Position numbers and translations under genes: made by a program. A model generated the notes under the pieces. It saw only the letters and a list, made by a program, of their open reading frames with translations. It was not told the origin of the DNA and searched no databases. 64,000 nucleotides of DNA from Promethearchaeota archaeon. Lineage in GTDB: Archaea > Asgardarchaeota > Heimdallarchaeia > Hodarchaeales > Hodarchaeaceae. This document shows positions 40,320 to 50,772 of the stretch, one piece after another (positions within the stretch are counted from its first letter, which is position 1; every line of letters begins with the position of its first letter). The DNA is taken from positions 96,001-160,000 of the forward strand of contig JBHLMN010000012.1 in assembly GCA_048938105.1 (NCBI GenBank), given 5' to 3'.

Positions 40320-41000
40320 TTGTGGAAACAAAATGTCGTGAAAAGGAAATTTATAGGAATTCCAGTCCTGTTAATTTACATAAATTTAATTTTAATTCTT
40401 TGGCCACAGTCATACGATAAAGCCACTGTGCTGAATTTGCTAGCAATCTTGTTATTCAGCGTATTTATTGGTGGAGATGTATTATTTCGACCGCTTTGGG
40501 TTGGTAAAGAAAAAGACCAGTTTAGAAAAAGTACCCTCTTTATTTTTCTATTATTCTTTATAGTCCCATTTCTCCTATATTTTCCCTATATTGAGTACCA
40601 AGCATTCCTTCAGCAATTCATTCCATCCCCGATCGTTTTAGTGATGGGAATAATTGGTAATCTCGTGTTGATTTTTGGAGGGATTCTAATGATTTGGAGT
40701 AGGCTTCTCCTTGGACCATATGGGACACCCAAGATCGTAATTAAAGACCATCATCAATTAATTACTCATGGAGTTTATCGATATATCCGTCATCCTCTCT
40801 ATTTAGGTTATATTCTATTGTTATTTGGGTATACTTTTGCTTTTGGAAGTCTTTTCTCTTCCTGCCTCATCATTGGTTTCATGCTTCCTTTAACTAAAAG
40901 TAGAATGGATTTAGAAGAAAAATTACTCCTAGCTAATTTAGGAGAGAAATATAACAACTACATGAGACAGACAAAACGGTTAATTCCTAAGATTTATTAA
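40320..41000 (+). CDS. ICMT-family membrane methyltransferase
   Basis: HQLITHGVYRYIRHPLYLG, EEKLL...GEKY..Y...TKRLIP. Confidence 0.9.
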   Translation: MWKQNVVKRKFIGIPVLLIYINLILILWPQSYDKATVLNLLAILLFSVFIGGDVLFRPLWVGKEKDQFRKSTLFIFLLFFIVPFLLYFPYIEYQAFLQQFIPSPIVLVMGIIGNLVLIFGGILMIWSRLLLGPYGTPKIVIKDHHQLITHGVYRYIRHPLYLGYILLLFGYTFAFGSLFSSCLIIGFMLPLTKSRMDLEEKLLLANLGEKYNNYMRQTKRLIPKIY

Positions 41001-41040
41001 AAATGTTTTTTTTAATGCTAACCAGAGAATCTGAATATAT

Positions 41041-41868
41041 TTATTCAAATCTAAAATGAACAATGCGTGACATTTTTCTGATAAATGGAATAAACCTTAA
41101 TATTTTGAATATTCCCACACGTGCTTCTTTATCATTAAAAAAAGACCACTCACTAACCAGTCGGAGATTCGGAGCCCATTTCTCAATGTCGTGAAGATTA
41201 TTTACCCCCCATTTAAATTCTGCTTGAAATTCTTTAAGACCAACATTTTTATTTGCTTCTTTAACCATGAAATTAGTGTACACATCAAAAATAATTTCTG
41301 CATTTGGAAATGAAATAGATAGTTTTTGGAAAAGAGATTGGACATCAGTTTTTGGTAAGTACATTAGAACTGCTTCAGCAATAAAAAGAACTGGACATTC
41401 AACTTTTGATGCCAGGGCTAGTATTTGCGGAATCCATGAATAATCAAGAATTGAACAACCAACAAATGGATTTCTTAGTGTTTCAGATAGGAGTTTTCTT
41501 CTAACAATAATAACTTCTGGAAGATCAATATCAATAAAGGTAAGAAGACCATTATCGAGCCGATCAAAACGTGTGTCTAATCCTGATCCCAAACTAATAA
41601 CAATACCATTTGGATATTTTTCAAGATAACTACGAATTCGATTATCAAAATAACGCCCTCGAAGGGCATGACCGATAATCGCGGGTTTTTCTAAAGATTT
41701 TTGGAGAGTAAGAAAGTCGAAATCCAACTTTTCTAGGAGTTCTATGGCTTTTTTATCGTTTAAAATAGGCTTTGGTGACTTTGCATCTAATGTTCGAGAG
41801 AGCAATGGGAAGAATAATGTATTTTCAACTCTTGTAAGTTTTTCTACTTTAATTGCCTCATTTCGCAT
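41041..41868 (-). CDS. Class I SAM methyltransferase, leucine carboxyl methyltransferase/TcmP-like
   Basis: TL..PL..R, R...FD, SLGSGLDTR, DIDLPEVI..RRK, FIAEAVLMYL. Confidence 0.9.
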   Translation of the reverse strand: MRNEAIKVEKLTRVENTLFFPLLSRTLDAKSPKPILNDKKAIELLEKLDFDFLTLQKSLEKPAIIGHALRGRYFDNRIRSYLEKYPNGIVISLGSGLDTRFDRLDNGLLTFIDIDLPEVIIVRRKLLSETLRNPFVGCSILDYSWIPQILALASKVECPVLFIAEAVLMYLPKTDVQSLFQKLSISFPNAEIIFDVYTNFMVKEANKNVGLKEFQAEFKWGVNNLHDIEKWAPNLRLVSEWSFFNDKEARVGIFKILRFIPFIRKMSRIVHFRFE

Positions 41869-42192
41869 AATTTTTAAAGTAAAATAATGAAATAAATAGT
41901 TTTTGTTTGAGTTATAAGTTTTACATTGTGAATATTATTAGTAATACAATAAAAAAGATCCAGGGATAGTTAAAAATCACTCTAAATATCGTGGATGTAT
42001 CCCCTTAAATTAGTCTCCGATTTAAGAAAATAAAAAGCTCTTTGACTTTTACTAATCAATATTGATTGCCTCTGAAAATTCTTAAAATAGTCTTGATTAG
42101 GTTAGACATTGCATAAACCTAAATCCAAATAAAGCGAACAAAAAAGAAAAAAGTAGTTCCAACTTTCATAAAAAGATAAGGAACGAGGGGTT

Positions 42193-42645
42193 ATGATAAC
42201 GCTAATAGATTCAATAGACGTGAAAACAACGCCCGGAAAATTGTTTGATGGCTTGATTAAAGTTTTTTCTTCCAAAGAGAATTATATACAATGGCATAAA
42301 GACCATGTTAAATGTAGTTGGATTAAAGGTCAGCCATTCGAGTTGGGATCAATACTCTATTGTGAGGAATATTTGCATGGCGAATTACATAAGATGAAAT
42401 TTTTAACCACAAAAAAAGAGCCAAATAGAATAATAGAATATAAACTTCTGTTTCCAATGTCAATTATTTGTCCTAAAGGTTCTTTTATCATAGAACCAAA
42501 GGACGGGAGTTCAATCTTTACGGCGACACTTTCTTTTCGGTTCGGTTGGTTCTTCCAAAAATTTGCTAAGAGGAGAGTCGAGGCTATTACAATGCATATG
42601 AAGGAAGAAGGAGAAAATCTTAGAAAAATCTTAGAAAATCAATAA
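42193..42645 (+). CDS. SRPBCC (START/polyketide cyclase) family protein
   Basis: DSIDVKTTP..F....Y..WHKDH ... HMKEEGENLRKILE. Confidence 0.75.
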   Translation: MITLIDSIDVKTTPGKLFDGLIKVFSSKENYIQWHKDHVKCSWIKGQPFELGSILYCEEYLHGELHKMKFLTTKKEPNRIIEYKLLFPMSIICPKGSFIIEPKDGSSIFTATLSFRFGWFFQKFAKRRVEAITMHMKEEGENLRKILENQ

Positions 42646-42676
42646 GCTTATAATTCAGAGAATTTAAATTGACTTT

Positions 42677-43357
42677 GTGAGAGATCTTTCAAAAATAACA
42701 ATAGTCATTCAAATGATCCTTGCTGTTCCATTCATCATCATTTTTGCAGGAGTAATGCTCTTCATTCCAGCTGGAACAATTGATTGGATCGAGGGGTGGA
42801 TTTATATCCTTTTATTAATTGTTTACTACCTTACTATGACTATATATTTAATTATCAAGGATCCATCAACACTGAGAAAACGTAAAAAACTGTCTACTAG
42901 TAAGATTGAAAATTTTTTCCTTGTTATTCTGGGTTTGTTGTTCTTTCCATTGATAATTATGCCAGGCTTTGATTATAAATTCCAATGGACACAATTACCA
43001 AGTTTAGTTAGGATAATTGGGTTTTTTGGGCTTGTATTCTCATATATCATTAACTTCTGGGTCATGAAAGTAAATTCTTACGCTTCAAAAGCTCTAATAA
43101 TACATGAAAATCATATAGCAATAACGATTGGACCCTATGGAATCGTACGACATCCAATGTATGTGAGTTTTATACTTCTAGCTTTTAGTACGCCAATTGC
43201 ACTCGGTTCATTAGTATCCATACTCTTGGCGATACCAATACCCTTTTTACTTGTCTTTCGGATCCGTAAAGAAGAAGAAATGTTAAAGAAGAACCTTTCA
43301 AGCTATATTGAATATACCGAAAAAGTTCGTTATCGTTTAATTCCCAAAATATGGTGA
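42677..43357 (+). CDS. ICMT-family membrane methyltransferase
   Basis: AGTIDWIEGW, GPYGIVRHPMY, RIRKEEEML...YIEY..KVRYRLIP. Confidence 0.9.
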   Translation: MRDLSKITIVIQMILAVPFIIIFAGVMLFIPAGTIDWIEGWIYILLLIVYYLTMTIYLIIKDPSTLRKRKKLSTSKIENFFLVILGLLFFPLIIMPGFDYKFQWTQLPSLVRIIGFFGLVFSYIINFWVMKVNSYASKALIIHENHIAITIGPYGIVRHPMYVSFILLAFSTPIALGSLVSILLAIPIPFLLVFRIRKEEEMLKKNLSSYIEYTEKVRYRLIPKIW

Positions 43358-43418
43358 TTAGTAATGAAAAAGAGTTCGGATTGAGAAATATCTATTTTTC
43401 AACTCTAATACTAATAAA

Positions 43419-44195
43419 TTAAGCCTTATTCCAAATGAAAAAAAGAAATCATAAAAATTGGCCCATCTCTCTAATATATGGAAGAAAAGAAGGTGTCCTA
43501 TTAACACATTGCTGATATACTTCTCCAACTCTCTTAATTAAATCTTTATCTTCCATCTTTGCTCCAATAATGAAAGGAATGAAAGAAATCAATGCAATAA
43601 AGATTGCTAATAGATTATTCTTCAATAGAGCTAAACCTATAGCGAGAAAAAAATCTCCAGGATACATAGGGTGATGAATATAGGAATAGATATCAGAAGT
43701 GACAGCCACTCCTTCTTCGGGAAATAACATATGGATCCCTAATCCATGTGCAATTTCATCAAATCCTGTTTTGCGTAGATGCTTCTCTAATAAAAACCGC
43801 ATTAGAATGAAAAATATCCCTCCAATAAGAGCAGCTCAAAAAGGTATTAAAATTAGGCCGTTTATTAAAAGAGTATGGAATATACAGGTATTGCCAGTAA
43901 TAAGAACTGGAATTACATAATGAAAAAAGAAGTATCGATACGCTAAATCCCCATGTTTCTCTCGATAAGCCTTGCCTTTTGTAGCGAAACCAATAAAAAA
44001 GGACAAAGTGATGAGTACGAAAATCAATTGACAAATAATAGCCCCATACCAAGCTAAACCATCAAACCACCAGAAAATCCCCATAATTAGTAAAAGTGCT
44101 GTTATTGAGATTATGACAATAACTCCTGCTTTTAAAGGGTCTTAAAATTCTGGAACCTTCTCTTTTAATAGGTTAAAACCTTTTGTTTGAGACAT
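43419..44195 (-). pseudogene. Pseudogenised paralog of the 15611-16384 methyltransferase
   Basis: Starts MSQTKGFNLLKEKVPEF*; collinear in one frame with in-frame stops at 44142-44 (TAA), 43836-38 (TGA) and 43449-51 (TGA); RHP motif changed to HHP. Confidence 0.9.
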
Positions 44196-44230
44196 CGACA
44201 CAAACTTTAGATAAGTTCATTTTTTAGAGG

Positions 44231-45361
44231 CTATAGATCTAAGTTTGACGGTTTATGTTGTGGTAAAAATTCCTGTAAGATAGTGGTACAAGCATTGGTA
44301 TAATCTTCAAATAACTCAAAGAAACGGATATTTTCTTCTAAAAATCTTAAAAACTTTTCTTTTTCTCCATTTTCTTCAATTTTTTCGAGATTTGATTGAA
44401 ATTGAACTTGAATAATTTCTTTAGCGTGAGAAAATATATATCGAAACTGTTTAACAGTGTTGAACAAATTTTCTGTTAAAGTATATTTTATTTGGTAGTA
44501 TTTTCTTCTATCTTTCCGTTTTTTAATTACCTGAAGGATATTGAGTCGGATGAGCGTTTTTAGCGCAACTGAAACGGTTGAACGGCTATAACCAGTGATT
44601 TTTATTATGTAATCTTGTGTAAGTGGTTTTTCTTCTACAAAAAATAATAAACCTATCATTACAAGTTCTTTCTTCTTACCGACAGCTGCGGATTGATTAG
44701 CAGCTTGATCTTCAAGAAAATCCTTCTTGATTTTTTCAAGACTATCTCCTCTAATTAAATCATATTTAGGACTAGGAAAGTTAAAGTTTTTAGCATCATT
44801 CGATGAAATATTGCTAATTAATTGGGAAATTGAATCAGGATCCTTAACAAATCTTTCCACATGATTTTGGAAATATGTTACAGTGAAATGAAAATAGTTT
44901 GAGACTTCCCAATATTCGCTGAGAAATCTCCTCACACGTAAAATTTCGGGATTTTGAGAGGGTAGCGCGTCTAACCTATGGATCAATAGCGGGACTTGTT
45001 CCAAACTGAATTTAGTTACTTCTAAACCTTCTACTAAAAGAGTACGAAAATATATAGCTAGCTTTTGAGGACACTGATACTTTTTATGTTCCCCTTTTTT
45101 TCGAATTTGAAGGACTAAAAATTTACTAGTTGTATCTGTGAGTCTTGAAAGAGTCTCTGAAACAGTTGCTCTGTTTAATTGTGTTAATTTAATTATTTGA
45201 TTTTGATCAAGTGCGTCCCCTTCCATTAGTAAAGCGAATAGAATCCTTACTAGATTTGAATCAAACCAAGTTAATGTCTGCTCCATAAAGATAAGGTAAT
45301 TTCTCTTCATATCTAAGAAAGGTGATTGACTAACAACTGTTTTCATTAAATTCATGTCCAA
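44231..45361 (-). CDS. Transcriptional regulator with two GbsR/MarR-like winged-HTH modules
   Basis: LDQNQIIKLTQLNRATVSETLSRL...RKKGEHKKY and LTQDYIIKITGYSRSTVSVALKTL...RKDRRKYY; divergent from the ABC operon. Confidence 0.8.
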   Translation of the reverse strand: MDMNLMKTVVSQSPFLDMKRNYLIFMEQTLTWFDSNLVRILFALLMEGDALDQNQIIKLTQLNRATVSETLSRLTDTTSKFLVLQIRKKGEHKKYQCPQKLAIYFRTLLVEGLEVTKFSLEQVPLLIHRLDALPSQNPEILRVRRFLSEYWEVSNYFHFTVTYFQNHVERFVKDPDSISQLISNISSNDAKNFNFPSPKYDLIRGDSLEKIKKDFLEDQAANQSAAVGKKKELVMIGLLFFVEEKPLTQDYIIKITGYSRSTVSVALKTLIRLNILQVIKKRKDRRKYYQIKYTLTENLFNTVKQFRYIFSHAKEIIQVQFQSNLEKIEENGEKEKFLRFLEENIRFFELFEDYTNACTTILQEFLPQHKPSNLDL

Positions 45362-45504
45362 AGAGAAGATAAGTAGATAATTTTAAATGTTTTATTTTTT
45401 CTAGCATTTATGAAATTTCTGGCATTTTCGAAAAATATAAAAACACTTGCTTAAGTTCTGTCAATTGCGATAGTCATGCAAAAAAAATTGATTAGGTCTT
45501 AAAA

Positions 45505-46392
45505 ATGAATGAACCAAAAATAAAAATCCAAGATCTAACAAAATATTATGGTAAATCTCGTGGGATTGAAAACTTATCCCTTGAAATCAAGGAAGGTGAA
45601 ATATTTGGCTTCCTTGGTCCGAATGGGGCCGGTAAAACAACAACGATTCGCTGTATGATGAGTATTCTCCTACCTACATCAGGAAATATTTGGATCAATG
45701 GTAACAAGGTTACTAGAAAGAACCCTGAAATACGGGAGAATATCGGATATATTCCTGGAGAATTTATCCTTCCAGAAAATTATACTGTAAATGAATTTCT
45801 CTCCTACATTCAAAACATGCGTAAAAATCCGAGTAAACGACGAAATGAGCTTGTTGAACGATTCGCATTACCTCCGAAGAAAAAGATAGGAGAGCTCTCT
45901 AAAGGAAATAAACAAAAAGTAGGCATTGTGGCTGCGCTTATGCATGATCCAGATGTCTTAATACTAGATGAGCCAACCTCAGGCCTCGATCCACTTCTTC
46001 AACAGGAACTTTATGAGCTCCTTTTAGAATCGAAAAAACAAGGAAAAACCATTTTTATTAGCAGTCACAATCTTTCCGAGGTACAAAGAATTTGTGATAG
46101 AGTTGCAATCATCAAAGAAGGTGCTTTAATTAAGGTTGAAGAGATTCACACTCTTAATAAAAACGTATCAAGGATATTGGAAGCACAACTTAACAACCCT
46201 GATGAAGAACAGCTGAAATCTCTCGGTGCCAATCTTCTTGAAATACAAAAAGATAGAGTCCGCATATTAATTCCACAATCAGCTTCGATCAAACCTTTTC
46301 TTGAGAAACTTCTCTTAATGGAACCTGAAGAACTATCTTACCCTCCTGCAAGTCTTGAAGACTATTTTATGCAATTTTATAAGACTCAATAA
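45505..46392 (+). CDS. ABC-2 type ATP-binding protein (paralog of 10969-11907)
   Basis: GPNGAGKTT, LSKGNKQK, DEPTSGLD; shares the C-terminal YPPASLE. Confidence 0.95.
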   Translation: MNEPKIKIQDLTKYYGKSRGIENLSLEIKEGEIFGFLGPNGAGKTTTIRCMMSILLPTSGNIWINGNKVTRKNPEIRENIGYIPGEFILPENYTVNEFLSYIQNMRKNPSKRRNELVERFALPPKKKIGELSKGNKQKVGIVAALMHDPDVLILDEPTSGLDPLLQQELYELLLESKKQGKTIFISSHNLSEVQRICDRVAIIKEGALIKVEEIHTLNKNVSRILEAQLNNPDEEQLKSLGANLLEIQKDRVRILIPQSASIKPFLEKLLLMEPEELSYPPASLEDYFMQFYKTQ

Positions 46393-46406
46393 TAGGAGGC
46401 AGTAGA

Positions 46407-48107
46407 ATGTACGTTCCTAAATTCGTTGAACTCTATTATCTTCGTTTTTTACGGCATAAAACTGTTTTTGGGCTTTCTATTATACTTTTTTCTGCTATCA
46501 CTCTATTTTTCCCGTTAATTTATCCTGGCGAAGAGTCAATGCAGAATATTGTAATTTATTATGAGAGATTTGTCGGAGAACTTGAATATGATAATCCTGG
46601 ATTTCATATATGGACAATTATTGCAGCAGGTATGGTAATTAGTATTTATTTACCACTGACAGCCATCCTTCTTGGAGTCAATATTTTGCCAATTGCTGAG
46701 AAGGATGGGAAAGAACTCTTATTTTCGACACCTAAATCACTTACAAAGGATTTTCTAGAGAATTCAATTCTATTAATTAGCTTAATTTGGCTTATTTGCA
46801 TTCCAAGTTACCTATTATCATTATTTTTTCTTCTCATTAATAATAATGTTGATTCAATTGTAAATTTAACAATTAGCTTTGTTATTGGAGGATTTCTTGC
46901 CAGTTTTATTGCTTTTCTAACTGCTTTTGGTTGTTCATTTTCCTTCTCTAAAAGAATAGGTTATCTTTTTGGTGGAGGTTATACTGTAATGGGATTTTTT
47001 TCAGATATGGCTTTAAGAAATAATGAAGATTTTGAGGCCCTGTTGGAATTAAACCTATTTTCCAGAGCTAAAAGTACCCAAAATGCGATCATGGGAACTT
47101 GGAATGAGGAATTCCTTCTTTTTACACTCCTCCTAATAATCATTTTGATTATTCTGTCCATTTTATTGATCTATCGAAAGGATTTCATTGAAGGTGGTTA
47201 TAGAAAATCAATAATTGATGAACCTGGGATAGAAGGTCAAAAGATCACTGAAAAATTTTCAATAATCAAGCTTCCTCTTGATAAGCTAATTGGAAGTCTC
47301 GGATGGAGATTTCCTGCTTTACGTGATCAATTACATTCAATGGTTGGAATAATGACTGTCTTTTTAATAGTTACAATTGGTCTTACAATTATGCAAGGAG
47401 CTACATACGAAGGAGAGGTAAAAACAGCTGCTACTTTTGCTAGCATTGATATCCCCTTTATTGATGCAGCCTTATTCAATTATAAACTAAAACCAACCCT
47501 AGAAGGTTGGTTTACCCTTGAGTTTCTGGCCTGGGCTTGGATGATACCTTTTGGCCCTTTTATACTAATTGTTATAAACAATATTATTTTCAGAGACAAA
47601 AAAGAGCGAATCGCAGAAATCACATGGGTACTCCCACAAAGTGAAACAAAAATAATGTTCAATAGAACTATTGCTGCATTAATCGGTCTTATAACCTTGT
47701 TCATTTTTAGTTTTCTAGCTTTTACTCTTGTGGATTTTGGGCTTGAAAATAATGGTGATCTCGTTAATGCAGCTGCAAGCTATTTGATCTTTATGTGGGG
47801 GTACTGTGTGTTTTTCATTGCTTTTCTATCCTTAGCACTTCTGGTTCCTTATAGACATGCTCAAAAAACGTTATTACTCGGATTTACTATCAGTATTCTT
47901 CTTCTTTTAGCTGGATTTATAACTGATAACTTCTTACTGCTGGCTTTAACTCCATTAAGCTATTTTGACTATATGGGGATATTTTTAGGCGAAAAAACTT
48001 TGATAGATGTTCTACCTAATGCTTTGATTTGTTCATCTATTGTTATCGTATTCTATGTTGTTGTACTAAAGAAAATTGTATCCACGAGAGATAGATTAGT
48101 TCAATAG
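46407..48107 (+). CDS. ABC-2 type permease (paralog of 9200-10957)
   Basis: YPG, DNPG, EKDGKELLFST, TWNEEF, PALRDQL, PTLEG, EITW..P and TP..YFD all shared with the first copy. Confidence 0.82.
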   Translation: MYVPKFVELYYLRFLRHKTVFGLSIILFSAITLFFPLIYPGEESMQNIVIYYERFVGELEYDNPGFHIWTIIAAGMVISIYLPLTAILLGVNILPIAEKDGKELLFSTPKSLTKDFLENSILLISLIWLICIPSYLLSLFFLLINNNVDSIVNLTISFVIGGFLASFIAFLTAFGCSFSFSKRIGYLFGGGYTVMGFFSDMALRNNEDFEALLELNLFSRAKSTQNAIMGTWNEEFLLFTLLLIIILIILSILLIYRKDFIEGGYRKSIIDEPGIEGQKITEKFSIIKLPLDKLIGSLGWRFPALRDQLHSMVGIMTVFLIVTIGLTIMQGATYEGEVKTAATFASIDIPFIDAALFNYKLKPTLEGWFTLEFLAWAWMIPFGPFILIVINNIIFRDKKERIAEITWVLPQSETKIMFNRTIAALIGLITLFIFSFLAFTLVDFGLENNGDLVNAAASYLIFMWGYCVFFIAFLSLALLVPYRHAQKTLLLGFTISILLLLAGFITDNFLLLALTPLSYFDYMGIFLGEKTLIDVLPNALICSSIVIVFYVVVLKKIVSTRDRLVQ

Positions 48108-48147
48108 TCTTCTTTCTCTTTTTTTCTTTTATACTAAGAGATAAATA

Positions 48148-48789
48148 TCATATCAAAGAGAATTGAATCACTACAAAGAGCATGATACTAAATGTAATTA
48201 CTGAAATCACTGTGTCGAATTTTCCTGTCTTTAGAAATGGGATAAATAATGGAGTTTTGCTTTTATAACTAGTATAATCAGCGCCAAATTTCTTCAATAG
48301 GTACTGATCTTCTATAAGTGCAAGAATAATATAAGCCAGTAGTTGTAAATACCATAGTATTATTGTTTCTTCCGCTGACAGCCAACTCATACCAAAAAAG
48401 AAAGTAATATAAAAATAACTCCACCCTGTCAAGCCAATTGTCAAAAGTAGAAGACCAGTATACTGGGGATGTCTTATAAATCGATAAGGGCCAGAGGTGA
48501 CTAATCCCCTTCTCTTTTTTACGCCGAGATAAACAATTGAATAAATTATCAATACAACGCTTATCATAATCAAAATTTTCCCAAAGAATACCTCATTAAA
48601 ATTGAGAAGGCTGGCATAGCCTTCAATGATACTGCTAGAAAGATTGGGAACCAAGGCACCCAATAACAGAATTACAGGAGCAGCCATGAGTGGTATCCAT
48701 ACCCAGATTCCTGGAAGTTGCTGAACTAAAAGAAATAAATATCCAGCCGTGCCAAAAACAATAGCTTGAGCTCTCTCTAGTTTTTTCAT
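48148..48789 (-). CDS. ICMT/PEMT-family membrane methyltransferase
   Basis: LVTSGPYRFIRHPQYTG, IEDQYLLKKFGADY..Y...TPLFIP. Confidence 0.85.
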   Translation of the reverse strand: MKKLERAQAIVFGTAGYLFLLVQQLPGIWVWIPLMAAPVILLLGALVPNLSSSIIEGYASLLNFNEVFFGKILIMISVVLIIYSIVYLGVKKRRGLVTSGPYRFIRHPQYTGLLLLTIGLTGWSYFYITFFFGMSWLSAEETIILWYLQLLAYIILALIEDQYLLKKFGADYTSYKSKTPLFIPFLKTGKFDTVISVITFSIMLFVVIQFSLI

Positions 48790-49113
48790 TGAACATCATC
48801 TCTATCTTATGCAAATTTTCTAGTCTAACCTCATTTCCTACGTTTAAAACCATAAAAACTACCTCTTATAAGCCTATAGTTTTCTGCAAGTTGGGAGATA
48901 AAAGAGATGAATTAGTACACTTGTCCTAATGGATAGAACAAAGCATTTCACATTGTGGTTCCTCTGTTCGACTTTTGATACATTTTCATTACATGTATGT
49001 TTACGGAATGAAATAAGATCTAACTAAGACATTTGTAATAGAATCTAGTTTTTATTACCTAACAGCAATGTTTTTCAGGAGATCTTTACTAGATTTTCTC
49101 TTGAGGTAGAAAA

Positions 49114-49698
49114 TTGGATAAAATGCTCTTAGAAATTCCATCAATGATAGAGACCAAACAATTAATCATCAGAAAGTACAAAAAAGGTGATGGGATGCCA
49201 CTTCTTGAATTATTTGAAAGAAACGATAATCGTGAGCATCTAAAAGATCATGTGTATGAAGCATCCACTATAATGACCCAAGAAGAGGCAGAAATTAGAG
49301 TTAGGCGTTTTATTGCCTCTTGGGTCGCACGAAAGAGATTTGTTTTGGGTGTATGGTTAAAAGCTTCGAACCTATATATTGGCCAAATCTGGATCGAACC
49401 CAAAAAATGGGAAGTTCCCTCATTCGAGCTGGGATGGTTTTTAGACCGATCTTATCAGGGACAAGGATTAGCAACAGAAGCAGCGAGAAGAGCAATTGAA
49501 TTTCTTTTTAATGATTTGAAAGCTCATAAAATCATCATTTTAACTCGTGATGACAATGTGAGAAGCTATAAACTAGCTGAAAGATGTGGATTTACCAAAG
49601 AAGGGTATCTTAAGGATCATGGTATTAAAAATGGTAAAAGATATGGGTTATTTTGCTACAGGTTGTTAAAACCCGACTATAAAATCAAAAATGACTGA
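49114..49698 (+). CDS. GNAT acetyltransferase, RimJ/RimL family
   Basis: IETKQLIIR, ELGWFL..SYQGQGLATEA, NVRSYKLAERCGFTKEG. Confidence 0.92.
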   Translation: MDKMLLEIPSMIETKQLIIRKYKKGDGMPLLELFERNDNREHLKDHVYEASTIMTQEEAEIRVRRFIASWVARKRFVLGVWLKASNLYIGQIWIEPKKWEVPSFELGWFLDRSYQGQGLATEAARRAIEFLFNDLKAHKIIILTRDDNVRSYKLAERCGFTKEGYLKDHGIKNGKRYGLFCYRLLKPDYKIKND

Positions 49699-49761
49699 TT
49701 ATGGTTTTTCTGCAGTATAAGAGTTAGTATTTAGATTTCAATTCCTTATTCAATCATCTTT

Positions 49762-50703
49762 TTAGCTTAATATTTCAATTAATTTGACCAAATCCTCTTT
49801 ATTGATGGCAACAACATCTGCTTCAGGAAATATATTGCGGTTGTTTTCTGAAATTCCCTGTCCTCCGATTGCAATACGAATTTGGTTTTTGAAAACATTA
49901 TGTAAATACTCTAAATTTCGTTTAAGAGTACCAAGATATAACGGAAGGGTAATGGAGATAAATATCCAATCAGGTAATTCAGGAAGATCTTTGATATATT
50001 TGATTAAGGATTGGATGGGTAAAGCTCGCCCCAGATTAATAATCTTGTAATTTAAATCCCGAAGAATATATTCTAAGGCAAATAAACTGAGAACATGTCT
50101 TTCACCTTCTACAGGTACTAAAATGATAATTCCTTTTTCCTCTATATTTTCATTTACTGGTATTCTTGCAACGATTAGCTCTTCAACGCGATTAGAAATA
50201 ATGTGTTCTTCCGCAGTTGAAAGATTCGCTTGAGCCCATTGTACACCGACCTCATGCATTAGTGGTGTGATAAAATCAACAATAAAGGGTGTACTATTAG
50301 GAAACATTGATTCTATGTTTACTGAGAACTCCTCAACATCATAATTTGATGATTTCAGATATCTGATCATTTCTTGTATGGAGGCTAATTTTAAAACAGA
50401 GGGTTTTTCTATTCTTCCTTTCTCCTCAGGCTTCTTCTTTTCTTTTAATATCTCATTCTCATGTATATATAGTTCTTTGATTAGATCATCAGTTAAATAT
50501 ACAACAGTATACCGCCCCCGTTTAAGTGGGCGTCGTTCGATTTCGATATAACCTTGTAAATTTAGTTCTTTTATGGCATTAGAAATTGTTGAACGTTTAA
50601 GATCTAAATTGGATGCAAGTTCAGAAACAGGGACTTCCCTTCCGCGATTTTGCCTTAAGTATCGAAAAATACGATCTCTGGCTGGTAATTGGACATTTTC
50701 CAT
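49762..50703 (-). CDS. wHTH + B12-binding regulator with CarH/LitR-type photoreceptor signature
   Basis: N-terminal MarR/ArsR-like wHTH (VSELASNLDLKRSTISNAIKELNLQGYI); helical cap PLMHEVGVQWAQANLSTAEEH (W-x9-EH); Rossmann domain EGERHVLSL, NLG..LP, ISIT, IGGQG; downstream of crtB on the same strand. Confidence 0.85.
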   Translation of the reverse strand: MENVQLPARDRIFRYLRQNRGREVPVSELASNLDLKRSTISNAIKELNLQGYIEIERRPLKRGRYTVVYLTDDLIKELYIHENEILKEKKKPEEKGRIEKPSVLKLASIQEMIRYLKSSNYDVEEFSVNIESMFPNSTPFIVDFITPLMHEVGVQWAQANLSTAEEHIISNRVEELIVARIPVNENIEEKGIIILVPVEGERHVLSLFALEYILRDLNYKIINLGRALPIQSLIKYIKDLPELPDWIFISITLPLYLGTLKRNLEYLHNVFKNQIRIAIGGQGISENNRNIFPEADVVAINKEDLVKLIEILS

Positions 50704-50772
50704 AAGGCATTGTTACCTTCTTATTGATATTCTTATGATTTCTTCATGACTTACTCTTATTTTATGAACCAG

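Noticed and set aside
43419-44195. Stop-codon recoding (Sec/Pyl/readthrough) to explain the in-frame stops
   Set aside because: The stops are mixed (TAA, TGA, TGA) at Arg/Trp positions, all three stop codons end normal genes in this window, and a conserved motif is also damaged.
49762-50703. Corrinoid methyltransferase protein (MtaC/MetH-like)
   Set aside because: It has ExH rather than DxHxxG, the W-x9-EH cap, an N-terminal HTH and crt context.
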